64,000 nt of DNA. Origin: Candidatus Woesearchaeota archaeon. GTDB taxonomy: Archaea; Nanobdellota; Nanobdellia; SCGC-AAA011-G17; PNOQ01. Shown one piece after another: positions 48,847 through 58,209 of the stretch. Under the pieces are notes generated by a model. That model saw nothing but the letters and a program-made list of their open reading frames with translations, searched no databases and was not told the DNA's origin. The stretch lies in assembly GCA_018652625.1 (NCBI GenBank), contig JABIBT010000018.1, positions 4,566 through 68,565 of the forward strand. The letters are read 5' to 3'. Position numbers and translations under genes: made by a program. Positions within the stretch are counted from its first letter, which is position 1, and each line of letters begins with the position of its first letter.

Positions 48847-49947
48847 ATGGTTCAAGAGAAAAAAACCGCCTCATTTATAGATACATTAAAAGGGTATAAA
48901 GGAAAACAATTAGCAGTTATTTCTCAAGGCTCACCGGACCCAGATTGGATTTCTTCAGCCTTTGCCACACAATTTATAGGTAAACAATATGGGGTAGAGA
49001 TAGATATAATATATGATGAAGAAATAGACCGTAATGAAAACAATGCATTAGTAAAAATATTAGGAATTGATTTAATAAAACTTTCTGATGATACAGATTT
49101 TTCACAATATGGAGGAATATGCTTAGTTGATTCCCAAGGTTATGATGATATTTTTTCAAAAAGAGTTAAAGGATTAGAAGTAATCTCAATAGTAGATCAC
49201 CATGATAAAAAAACAGAAGGAGGTCTAGAATCCAAGTTTTCTGATATAGATCAAAAGACTGGAGCAGCTGCTACAATCTATGCTGGATATTTAGAAAAGG
49301 CAAATTTACTAAAAAAAGCCGGAGAAGACGAAGTAAATGTATCAATTGCCCTAATGCACGGAATTTTAAGTGATACTGGATTAAAAACAGAAAAAGCATT
49401 AACTGCTAATTCTAGAGACTACTTAGCGTTAGCTTATTTGGATACAATTGCAAATACCTCTGTTCTTTCTCAGATTTTATCTCAACCTTTGTCCTCGGCA
49501 GAGATAGATGCACTAGCGCTATCAATAAGAAATAGAGATACAAAAGATAATTATTTAATCTCCAATGTGGGAATTTTAGGAACTGGAGACAGGGGAGCAA
49601 TCTCGATTTCAGCAGATTATTTAATACAAAAACTTAGTGCAAAAACTGTTTTGGTCTGGGGGGTCCGTGGGGAAAAAGTAAGAGGTTCCATAAGAACGAC
49701 AGATGATAGCATAAGTTTAGATAAATTTCTAAAAGAAATGATAGGAAGTATACCCGGGAGCAGTTTTGGAACAAAAGACGCAACAAACGAAGGAGGATTT
49801 GAATTTCCTTTAGGTTGGGGGAAAGATCTAACAAAAGGCATAGAAAACGAAGAGGCATTAATAGAAAGTTTAGACAAATGTATAAAACCAAGATATCATA
49901 GTGCTGCTGGTGTAAAAGATAAAACTCCTTCTAAAATAGAAAAATAA
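48847..49947 (+). CDS. DHH-family phosphoesterase (NrnA-like)
   Basis: PDPD, LVD, IVDHH, GILSDT, GSIRT. Confidence 0.85.
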   Translation: MVQEKKTASFIDTLKGYKGKQLAVISQGSPDPDWISSAFATQFIGKQYGVEIDIIYDEEIDRNENNALVKILGIDLIKLSDDTDFSQYGGICLVDSQGYDDIFSKRVKGLEVISIVDHHDKKTEGGLESKFSDIDQKTGAAATIYAGYLEKANLLKKAGEDEVNVSIALMHGILSDTGLKTEKALTANSRDYLALAYLDTIANTSVLSQILSQPLSSAEIDALALSIRNRDTKDNYLISNVGILGTGDRGAISISADYLIQKLSAKTVLVWGVRGEKVRGSIRTTDDSISLDKFLKEMIGSIPGSSFGTKDATNEGGFEFPLGWGKDLTKGIENEEALIESLDKCIKPRYHSAAGVKDKTPSKIEK

Positions 49948-49949
49948 TT

Positions 49950-51206
49950 TTAATTAAATTCATCTCCAAAATAAACCGACATAAAATTTACTCTTTCTTC
50001 AGGTTTACTCTTTTCTCTATTATCATCAAATCCGCTACAACCAAAATCTTTGCCAAAGAATAAATATCCCCCATAATCAATCAACCCATCTCCATCATTA
50101 TCTATTCTATCAGAACACTCTGGGCATCCTTCAGGGACATCTTGTGGGCACCAAGAACAATCTTCTCCTTCATCAAAGATTCCATCTCCACAACAGGCAT
50201 AATCTCTTCCGCCAGGACGATAACAATCTTGGAAACAATCACCATTTGGTTCTCCAACATAGCAAGCTTCCCAATTATCACAAACTCCATCACCACAACT
50301 AAATTCGCATCCATGGATATCATAATTCCCATCATCACAATCAGGAATTTCTCTTGAACAACCTAAACCATCACAACTATCTGGTTTTTCCAGTCCAGAA
50401 TGGAATGCTGCAATTCCCCAAAAACAATAAGCATCTCCATCATTATTTTGGCAATCTCCAGAATATTGATATTTCAGACCAATTAAACCGACCGGCATAG
50501 CATCAGTTTCATAAAAATTTTGACCATATTCTAATCTAGCGCTATCTTTCACAAAAAGCCTTCCGTCAGAATTGTCCTCATCATATCCATAAATTAAAAC
50601 AGAATGAAATACATCTCCAGCAGCATAAGTAGCTTCAACAGGGCCATAAATCCATAAAACTTTCCTTATAAGTTTCATTCCTTCATTATAATCCATATTA
50701 AATAAAGAAAAATAATCATAATCATCTATACTTGGAGCACTTGAACCACAGCTATAGTTTCCACCAACAGTCCAACAATTAACATCAGTACCAATTAAAT
50801 TAGAGTAAGGATAACAATCACTTTCTTCCTGAAAAGAAATTGAACTAATTAAAAACTCAGCAGCGTAAACAGAACTTCCACCATTATACACACATCCTAT
50901 TGGGCCTTCCCAACATTCTTCACAGTTTTCAATAAGGTAAAGCTCAGCTAAATCAATACTATCAACATTTACTCTTGTTAGCAAATATTGGGATTCAAGA
51001 GCAGCAATAGTACCAAAAGCCCAACATGTTCCAATACCATATTGATTTGTTGAGTGTTCAGGAATCCATGATTTTCCATGTATATTATCCCAAACTATAC
51101 TATCAAAAAAATCTCTATCTTTTGTTTTAGCAAGAGAACCTACACTAAATAAACTAATGAAAACTAACGCAAACACCAAAAATGAAAAAAAGTTAAGTGA
51201 TTTCAT
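49950..51206 (-). CDS. Secreted papain-like (C1) cysteine peptidase with Cys-rich/Ca-binding C-terminal repeats
   Basis: Signal peptide, NQ-x3-GTCWAF, HSVLIYGY, CGDG and CSD-x-IDNDGDGLID repeats. Confidence 0.8.
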   Translation of the reverse strand: MKSLNFFSFLVFALVFISLFSVGSLAKTKDRDFFDSIVWDNIHGKSWIPEHSTNQYGIGTCWAFGTIAALESQYLLTRVNVDSIDLAELYLIENCEECWEGPIGCVYNGGSSVYAAEFLISSISFQEESDCYPYSNLIGTDVNCWTVGGNYSCGSSAPSIDDYDYFSLFNMDYNEGMKLIRKVLWIYGPVEATYAAGDVFHSVLIYGYDEDNSDGRLFVKDSARLEYGQNFYETDAMPVGLIGLKYQYSGDCQNNDGDAYCFWGIAAFHSGLEKPDSCDGLGCSREIPDCDDGNYDIHGCEFSCGDGVCDNWEACYVGEPNGDCFQDCYRPGGRDYACCGDGIFDEGEDCSWCPQDVPEGCPECSDRIDNDGDGLIDYGGYLFFGKDFGCSGFDDNREKSKPEERVNFMSVYFGDEFN

Positions 51207-51213
51207 AGTTCAG

Positions 51214-51471
51214 TTATCCATATATTGTTTTTAATTCACTAAGGGAAATTGAATAATAAATTCCTCCGCCCCCACATGCAGTTCCTTGTCCAGAACATGC
51301 AGAACCATCTGAAGAACAGCTGCAACAAATTTCTTGCCCAGTTTCAGGGTCTATGCTACAATTACAAGTCCCTCCAGAACCAAATGCTTGAACAAAAGAA
51401 GCATTCCAAAAAATAAATCCAGCAAGCAAAACCGCTAATACTGCTCCAAAAATAATAATTCCTTTTTTCAT
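51214..51471 (-). CDS. Small secreted Cys/Gly-rich protein
   Basis: Signal peptide ending VQA; 7 Cys in about 35 aa; ATGA overlap and GGAGG SD. Confidence 0.6.
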   Translation of the reverse strand: MKKGIIIFGAVLAVLLAGFIFWNASFVQAFGSGGTCNCSIDPETGQEICCSCSSDGSACSGQGTACGGGGIYYSISLSELKTIYG

Positions 51472-52112
51472 TCTTCATTACCTCCATAAGTATAAAAATG
51501 AATAAGATCAAATAAATCTTGATTATAAGTAGGATCAGATAAAGACTCTTTTAATTCTTCAGTACACTCCAACCCACCCAAATAATCTTGAATATCATAT
51601 TCTATCATATTAGTTACATAAGGGGCCTGTGAAGTATTCCCAAGAAATTCTACAACTTCCCCCAAATCAGAAAAACTATAATCATGATTTTGTTCTCTAA
51701 GTAAGTGTAAATCTTTTTGCCATGTATAAGATTCTTTTGGAGAACTAGTCAAAGAAGACCCAGAACACCTAAAATCAATGCCTTTCAAATTGTAAGGAAG
51801 TTGAAAAATAGCACTTCCATTTTCAAACTTAACATTATTAAGATATATATCCTCTAAATTTCCAAAACCTCCACCAAAACCAACTTGTGTAGAATCGGCA
51901 TCTAAAGGGTAAAATTCTCCTTCTCCAGTTTTATCATAAATTAACCTTGTTCCTTGATCATTCATTTTACCTCTAGCTTCAATTTTAGTGCCTTTTTCTT
52001 TAAACCAATATCCAGGAATTTCTGCTTTTGAAGAAACAGCTCCGCCCAAAGAAGCGGCTAAAACTAAAGGCAGTACTGCCTTACCAATATTTTTTAAATA
52101 ATTATTAACCAT
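51468..52112 (-). CDS. Secreted hypothetical protein
   Basis: Signal peptide KAVLPLVLAASLGGAVSSKA. Confidence 0.65.
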   Translation of the reverse strand: MVNNYLKNIGKAVLPLVLAASLGGAVSSKAEIPGYWFKEKGTKIEARGKMNDQGTRLIYDKTGEGEFYPLDADSTQVGFGGGFGNLEDIYLNNVKFENGSAIFQLPYNLKGIDFRCSGSSLTSSPKESYTWQKDLHLLREQNHDYSFSDLGEVVEFLGNTSQAPYVTNMIEYDIQDYLGGLECTEELKESLSDPTYNQDLFDLIHFYTYGGNEE

Positions 52113-52211
52113 AAATTTATAGGGTTGTAAAAGACTATATAAATATTCCTAATCAGTAATAACAAATGAATTCTAGAAACTTTTATAAAAAAACGATGTA
52201 TTCAAAATTTA

Positions 52212-53003
52212 ATGGAAACTTTCATGAACCTCCCAAATTTCGAAGAAGCCAAGGTAGCTATACTCCCAGTTCCTTATGAAAAAACAACTTCTTACAAAAA
52301 AGGAACAAAAAATGCTCCAAAAGCAATACTAAAAGCTTCAAATGAATTAGAACTTTATGATGAAGAGCTCCAAAAAGAACCCTATCAAGTGGGAATTACA
52401 ACTCTAGACGAAATAAAAACTCTAGAAGAATTAGAAAAATTAGAAACAGACAAATTCATAATAGCAATTGGGGGAGAACATATAATCTCTCTTCCTTTAA
52501 TAAAAAGACATTCTCAAGAAAATCTTTCAATTTTACAAATAGATGCTCATGCAGACTTAAAAGATTCCTTTGAAAACAACAAAATGTCTCACGCTTGTGT
52601 AATGAGAAGAGTTTTTGAAATAAATAAAAATATAACTCAAGTGGGAATAAGATCTTTAGAAAAAAAAGAACATGAATTCATAAAACATAACAAAATAAAT
52701 ACTTTTTTTATGAAGGATTTAATCTACAATAAAAATTATATTCAAGAAATACTACAAACACTAAAAGAAAACGTCTATTTAACCATAGATTTAGATGCAC
52801 TAGATCCAAGTATAATGCCCGATGTGGGAACACCCGAACCGGGGGGAGTAAGATGGTATCAATTATTAAGTCTATTAAAACAACTATTCAAAGAAAAAAA
52901 TGTAGTTGGAGTTGACATAGTAGAACTTTGTCCAAATAAGACCACAAACTCAGACTATATAGTTTCAAAATTAATATATAAAATCATAGGTTATAAATTC
53001 TAA
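52212..53003 (+). CDS. speB: Agmatinase
   Basis: GGEH, DAHAD, SHAC, DLDALDPS, GTPEPGG, DIVEL. Confidence 0.9.
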   Translation: METFMNLPNFEEAKVAILPVPYEKTTSYKKGTKNAPKAILKASNELELYDEELQKEPYQVGITTLDEIKTLEELEKLETDKFIIAIGGEHIISLPLIKRHSQENLSILQIDAHADLKDSFENNKMSHACVMRRVFEINKNITQVGIRSLEKKEHEFIKHNKINTFFMKDLIYNKNYIQEILQTLKENVYLTIDLDALDPSIMPDVGTPEPGGVRWYQLLSLLKQLFKEKNVVGVDIVELCPNKTTNSDYIVSKLIYKIIGYKF

Positions 53004-53423
53004 CTATTTCTGCTCTATATAGCCAAATTCTAGATCTTTTTCTAATCTTACCTCATAATCTATTCCTAAATTATCTAAAGCAACACAAATATAATAAGAA
53101 TCTCCTTCTTCAACAATATCAACAGAAGTATTTTCAAGAGATGCAACAACACAATTTCCATCTACTTTAAGCCTGCCCGTATCTCTCCAGACTAAATCAA
53201 AAGCAATTGCTACATAATCTACTCCACTTAAGGCACCACTATGATATTCTCTATAAGTTGATAATCTCTTTTTTGTGAGATAAGACATTTCGATTTCCTT
53301 AATCTCAAGTCTTTGGTGAATATCACAACTATTCTCTAAACTTTTATTATGAGAACTACATCCTGCTAGAGCAGTAGCACCAATAAATGCACCAACTAAA
53401 CCAAGTTTTTTCAAATTATCCAT
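53004..53423 (-). CDS. Putative lipoprotein
   Basis: Probable start MDNLKKLG; lipobox LAGC. Confidence 0.6.
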   Translation of the reverse strand: MDNLKKLGLVGAFIGATALAGCSSHNKSLENSCDIHQRLEIKEIEMSYLTKKRLSTYREYHSGALSGVDYVAIAFDLVWRDTGRLKVDGNCVVASLENTSVDIVEEGDSYYICVALDNLGIDYEVRLEKDLEFGYIEQK

Positions 53424-53506
53424 AATAAATAAGAAGGATATCACAATATATAAACATTATTATTTAATTCATAAAAATTATAAGCTACAAATAACTCCAC
53501 AAAAAC

Positions 53507-53968
53507 ATGACAGAATCAAAATATGGGCTTTCACATGTAATTGCAGCGTATTTAATGATTAATGGAGTAAGAAGTCATCCCCAATATGGGGATATAAACA
53601 GCAGATACACCCAAACCTTTCTTAAAGACCATTTTGATTTTCCACACGTTCCATACAGAAACGATGCAATGATAAAATTAACATTAGATGACAAAATTGG
53701 AGCAGAGTTTAAACATAATCCAGGCAATTTTGATCTTTCTATAGAAATAGATTTCGAAGGAGGAAAAAGAAGAGGGATACACTCAAAAGAATATGGCATA
53801 GATGGGATTCCTTTCAGTTTTACAATCTTTGATACTGATGATATGCCAATTGAGTTCATAGAAGAAGCAGATAAAATGCTATCAGATTTCAAAAAACAAT
53901 GGGAACAAACTCAATACACAAGATTTCTAGATAGGATATTTGAAGAACTTTTTATTCCATCTCGCTAA
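53507..53968 (+). CDS. Hypothetical protein
   Basis: 153-aa ORF with TATA about 30 nt upstream. Confidence 0.55.
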   Translation: MTESKYGLSHVIAAYLMINGVRSHPQYGDINSRYTQTFLKDHFDFPHVPYRNDAMIKLTLDDKIGAEFKHNPGNFDLSIEIDFEGGKRRGIHSKEYGIDGIPFSFTIFDTDDMPIEFIEEADKMLSDFKKQWEQTQYTRFLDRIFEELFIPSR

Positions 53969-54278
53969 CTAAAATTTTCTTATGATCAAAACCTAAAGTG
54001 ATAACATATTTATTCCCATCTTCGCCAGTAGTTTCCAAAACATAGTCTAAATAATCATAGTACTTTTTATTTATATCATAAGAATAAAAACCTAGACTAT
54101 CATCAACAACTTTTAAAAATCTATTAAAACCAATGGCATTAGGAACAAAACCATCAAATTCCCCATTAGAAATAACCAAACTATCAACAACAACAGGTTT
54201 TTCAACAGAAACAAATTCTTCTGTAGAACCACACCCAACTAAAGACAACAAAACTAACCCGACTAAACTTTTTTTCAT
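53952..54278 (-). CDS. Putative lipoprotein
   Basis: MKKSLVGLVLLSLVGC lipobox; coupled to the gatD stop. Confidence 0.6.
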   Translation of the reverse strand: MKKSLVGLVLLSLVGCGSTEEFVSVEKPVVVDSLVISNGEFDGFVPNAIGFNRFLKVVDDSLGFYSYDINKKYYDYLDYVLETTGEDGNKYVITLGFDHKKILVSEME

Positions 54279-55528
54279 TATAAAAACTCATCCGAAATTC
54301 TTTTGTTTATTTCTCCTTTCAGATCTTCTCTAATTAAACTATTAACCTCTTTCTTAAAATTACTTAACAAAAAAGCCAATTTAATAAATGCAACTTCAGT
54401 TAACATGTCTTCTCCAGAAATAACAAACTCTTGTAATTCTCTTCCAGTTGAATAAACATCCATATTAACTCTACCAAAAACTGTCTGAGATGTCATAACC
54501 AACGGCATTTCTTTACTTAATTTCTTCAATTCCTTAAAAATTCCTTTATTGCTTTCATGAATTGGAAAATGACCTAAACCAGTTCCTTCTAGAATTAAAC
54601 CATCAAACCCGGAAAAGCAACTAACTTCCTTAACATTCATGTGAGGATGGCCCCTAAGAATTCCAACTTTCAGATTTTCCTTAAGTAAATGTACTTTTAA
54701 CTTACCTTCAACCTTACTAAATTTACTTTTTCCAGATAGAATCTTACCTTTTATATCAATCTCAGAAATTGGAATATCATTTACAGCTTTGAAAGCATCC
54801 CTACGAGAACTGTGTAACTTCCTTGCCTTTACTCCAGAAATTATTAAACAAGAATTATCATCCATAGATTTATGCATACACACACAAACACCAGAATAAT
54901 TAGTATTAACTATAAATTGAGCAGCACAAATTAGATTTAAAGAAGCATCAGAACTTCCCCTATCAGAACTTCTTTGAGCACCAACAAAAACAACTGGGAT
55001 AGGTAAATTCTCAAACATAAAAGACAAAGCAGCAGAGGAATAATGCAAGGTATCCGTCCCGTGAGTAATAATGACTCCTTTAACACCCCTTTTAACTTCT
55101 TTTTCAATTTCTTTAGCTAATTTATTATAATCTTTAAATGTCAAATCCTCAGAAAATATGTTTGAGATTAACTTGCACTCCAGATTAGCTATTTTTCCCA
55201 GCTCTGGAACATTTTTCAGTATTTCTGAAGGAGTAAACTGTGCACTAACACCTCCAGTTTCATAATCAATTTTTGAAGCAATAGTTCCACCAGTATGTAA
55301 AATAGATATAGTTGGCAACTTAGAATTTTTCTTAACTCTTTTAGAAATTTCCTTTTTCACTCTAGACTTTTCTAAAACTTTGATGCTTTTAACCTTTTTC
55401 TTCTCAATTCCAACATTATAACCAGACTCTAACTTCAAAACTAACTTGTTATTTATAGAATCGGGCATTAAAACTCCAACAAATTCTTCTTTAGAAGTTT
55501 TTACTTTAACTTTATCACAAACTGCCAT
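54278..55528 (-). CDS. gatD: Glutamyl-tRNA(Gln) amidotransferase subunit D
   Basis: KLESGYNVG N-domain, TGGTIAS, HGTDT, GAQRSSDR, KLHSSRRDAF, VYSTGR. Confidence 0.95.
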   Translation of the reverse strand: MAVCDKVKVKTSKEEFVGVLMPDSINNKLVLKLESGYNVGIEKKKVKSIKVLEKSRVKKEISKRVKKNSKLPTISILHTGGTIASKIDYETGGVSAQFTPSEILKNVPELGKIANLECKLISNIFSEDLTFKDYNKLAKEIEKEVKRGVKGVIITHGTDTLHYSSAALSFMFENLPIPVVFVGAQRSSDRGSSDASLNLICAAQFIVNTNYSGVCVCMHKSMDDNSCLIISGVKARKLHSSRRDAFKAVNDIPISEIDIKGKILSGKSKFSKVEGKLKVHLLKENLKVGILRGHPHMNVKEVSCFSGFDGLILEGTGLGHFPIHESNKGIFKELKKLSKEMPLVMTSQTVFGRVNMDVYSTGRELQEFVISGEDMLTEVAFIKLAFLLSNFKKEVNSLIREDLKGEINKRISDEFL

Positions 55529-55559
55529 GAAACAAAAATAATAAAACTAGTATAAAAAA

Positions 55560-56354
55560 CTAATGATTTCTACCAAGTTCTCTAACCCTTTCTAAGGGAT
55601 CTTCAACTTGGGTAAACTTTTTAACAGTACACATATCTAATTTTTTTGGATCAAACTGATTAACTAAACTCTCAATTCTTACCATGGTTTTTCCAGTGTC
55701 AACCATATCATCTATGATAAGAACTTTTTTCTCATTCAATAACTTTTCAGGGTATGAAGAATCTCCATTATCCAAAAATCTAGGATATTTATCATTTCTG
55801 GATACCCTTGAATGTCGTATTGGTAGAACATCATCTATTTCTAAGATATCCATGGCTAAAAAAGCAGGTTCAAAAGCCCCGGTGGCCACTGCAACTAAGG
55901 TATCAGGATGTCCTATTTCTTCTATAAAGTTTGGCAAATTTCTCCCAAAGTGGTATACACTTCTATACCTATAAATACAATGTCTAAAGGTACTCTCTAA
56001 ATTGCCCGTTCCTTCTATGGATTCAATTATATCTCCTAAATTTGGTACTAAGAAAGTATTTACTGCATCATAATTTACTCCTTGATTTCTATAAAAAGAA
56101 CCCGTAATAGCCTTTCCAGCAAGACATACATCTTTCCATACCTTTTCTTGGTCGGGAGTTACGCTACCTCTCTCAATTAAAGAGTCATAATAAAGTTGAG
56201 TGAGGGCAAAATACATCTCTCTAACTAAAATTGGGTCATTCTCGAAGGAAATATTTTTAGCAACATCCCCTATTCTAATATCAAGAATTTTTTTCCCATA
56301 ATCAAAAGGATCTCCATACATTTCTGATAATCTTATTTCTTCTAAAGGTTTCAT
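55560..56354 (-). CDS. Type I phosphoribosyltransferase-fold protein with N-terminal helical extension
   Basis: AVATGAFEPA and the PRPP motif VLIIDDMVDTGKTM. Confidence 0.75.
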   Translation of the reverse strand: MKPLEEIRLSEMYGDPFDYGKKILDIRIGDVAKNISFENDPILVREMYFALTQLYYDSLIERGSVTPDQEKVWKDVCLAGKAITGSFYRNQGVNYDAVNTFLVPNLGDIIESIEGTGNLESTFRHCIYRYRSVYHFGRNLPNFIEEIGHPDTLVAVATGAFEPAFLAMDILEIDDVLPIRHSRVSRNDKYPRFLDNGDSSYPEKLLNEKKVLIIDDMVDTGKTMVRIESLVNQFDPKKLDMCTVKKFTQVEDPLERVRELGRNH

Positions 56355-56382
56355 TTTCTTATAATAACTAAAAAAATAACCA

Positions 56383-56410
56383 TATATAAACCTTACTATT
56401 TGTAACTACT
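56383..56410 (-). promoter_or_regulatory. 28-bp motif B copy
   Basis: AGTAGTTACAAATAGTAAGGTTTATATA on minus strand, between the HExxH gene stop and the PRTase start. Confidence 0.7.
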
Positions 56411-56411
56411 G

Positions 56412-56726
56412 TTAAGAAATAAAACTAAGAGCCAACTTAACAATATCTGGCCTTTGGCTAACATAATATTGAGTCTCCTTTTCTATAAATACTTCATCAG
56501 TTCCATCACCAATTTTTTTATCATAATGGGCATGTAAAATTTCATGGATCAATGTAGCACCCAACTCATTTTCTGGTTGAGTTGGATCAATAATAATCTC
56601 TAAAGTATCCCAATCAACTTCTCCTAAGTTTTTTTTATTTTTTGGCTTTCCAAACTTTAAATCAAAGTCATAACAACAGATATCAATAACATCTTTATAC
56701 TTTATCAAAATCTTTGGTTTATCCAT
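56412..56726 (-). CDS. Small HExxH zincin-like protein
   Basis: LGEVD...IIIDP...TLIHEILHA...E. Confidence 0.7.
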   Translation of the reverse strand: MDKPKILIKYKDVIDICCYDFDLKFGKPKNKKNLGEVDWDTLEIIIDPTQPENELGATLIHEILHAHYDKKIGDGTDEVFIEKETQYYVSQRPDIVKLALSFIS

Positions 56727-56825
56727 AAAAAGTAAGAATCATCGTCGATATAAAAAGAAATTATAAACTAAAAACTATATATTACACTCTAAAAATACTT
56801 ATATACTAAAACAGTGAAAATACTA

Positions 56826-56996
56826 TTAGGTTATTACTTAGATTCGTGTTGGCGAACTGAATCTATCGCGTGTATTTTCTTATGTACTAGTTTAGGTTAT
56901 CTCGAAAAAGCAGTTTATTTTGGCGAAATATAAGCTTTCTCTATGGAAGATTTACACTTCCGTATATATAAAGATTATTGTAGTAAAAAACAATAA
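56826..56996 (+). ncRNA. Candidate structured RNA or 5' leader upstream of ftsZ
   Basis: Two TTAGGTTAT + TTGGCGAA-loop hairpin units and two further hairpins, downstream of a TATA-like element near 56798. Confidence 0.35.
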
Positions 56997-57022
56997 AACT
57001 CTATGGGGGAAAAAGAAAAAAA

Positions 57023-58099
57023 ATGGAATTTATTATACAAGACGCATTAAAAAACGCAGACAATCAAGAAGTAAACAACATTGAAGTGGGACAGGCTAAC
57101 ATTAAAGTTATAGGTGCAGGTGGAGCCGGAAATAATATTGTTTCGTGGCTCTATAAGAAGGGTATTTCTGGAGCAGAAGTTGTAGCTGTAAATACAGACA
57201 AACAACATCTAGATATTTCTTCTGCAGATAGAAAACTGCTAATTGGAAGAGATCTTACAAGAGGTCTTGGATGTGGTGGATTTATAGATATGGGAAGAGA
57301 ATCCGCTAAAGAATCTATTCAAGAGTTAAAAGAAACACTAAAAGGTTCAGATATGGTATTTGTTTGCTCAGGAATGGGTGGAGGAACTGGAACTGGAAGT
57401 GCACCAATAATAGCTCAAATTGCTAAAGAAATGGGAGCAATAGTTATTGGAACAGTAACAATGCCTTTTGAAATAGAAAAAGCAAGAGTAGACAAAGCAG
57501 AATTTGGATTACAACAATTAAGACAAGTATCTGATACAGTAATTGTAATAGATAATAATAGGTTGGTTCAAATTGCTGGAAATTTACCTCTAAAACAAGC
57601 ATTTGCAGTTGCAAATGAACTACTTTCTACAATGATTAAAGGAATAGTAGAAATAATTGCAATTCCATCTTTGGTAAACTTAGATTATGCAGATGTTAGA
57701 GCAATTATGACGGACGGAGGAGTTTCAGTAATGGGTATTGGAGAGTCAACATCTGAGAGAAGAGTAGAAGAATCTGTAAAAAGAGCTCTAACAAATCCAT
57801 TATTAGATGTGGATTATAGGGGAGCAACTGGAGCGCTAATACATGTAGCAGGAGGAGAAGACTTACTTTTGGAAGAAATAGATGCAATTGGTCAGGCCAT
57901 AACAGAACATCTTGACCCGGATGCAAATGTAATCTGGGGAGCAAGAATCGAGCCAGGAATGGAAGGCAGGTTAAGAGTTATGACTATTGTAACTGGAGTA
58001 AAATCTCCTTATGTGCTTGGAAAAGTAGATAGGCTTCAAGAACAAGCAGAAAAAGCCGAACAAATGAAATCAGATTTCGGCATAGACATAGTCAAGTGA
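57023..58099 (+). CDS. ftsZ: Cell division protein FtsZ
   Basis: [34 protein letters not shown]. Confidence 0.97.
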   Translation: MEFIIQDALKNADNQEVNNIEVGQANIKVIGAGGAGNNIVSWLYKKGISGAEVVAVNTDKQHLDISSADRKLLIGRDLTRGLGCGGFIDMGRESAKESIQELKETLKGSDMVFVCSGMGGGTGTGSAPIIAQIAKEMGAIVIGTVTMPFEIEKARVDKAEFGLQQLRQVSDTVIVIDNNRLVQIAGNLPLKQAFAVANELLSTMIKGIVEIIAIPSLVNLDYADVRAIMTDGGVSVMGIGESTSERRVEESVKRALTNPLLDVDYRGATGALIHVAGGEDLLLEEIDAIGQAITEHLDPDANVIWGARIEPGMEGRLRVMTIVTGVKSPYVLGKVDRLQEQAEKAEQMKSDFGIDIVK

Positions 58100-58145
58100 T
58101 TTGATCAAACATTCTTTAACCCCCAACACATTTGATCAATCACTT
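58094..58145. repeat. Inverted repeat at the ftsZ stop
   Basis: AAGTGAT(T)TGATCAAA ... TTTGATCAATCACTT; each arm contains the palindrome TTGATCAA. Confidence 0.65.
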
Positions 58146-58158
58146 TACATTGCTTTTT

Positions 58159-58205
58159 GAGGGGAAAAAGAGGTGATACTTTCTTTTTCCTCTTTTGTTT
58201 TTTTT
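58159..58205 (+). terminator. Hairpin plus T-tract terminator after ftsZ
   Basis: GGAAAAAGA/TCTTTTTCC stem followed by T runs. Confidence 0.55.
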
Positions 58206-58209
58206 AAAA

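Noticed and set aside
52155..52167. AGTAATAACAAAT (and the reverse copy at 2801-2812) as motif B copies
   Set aside because: AT-rich partial matches lacking the fixed spacing to TATA; cannot be distinguished from chance by eye.
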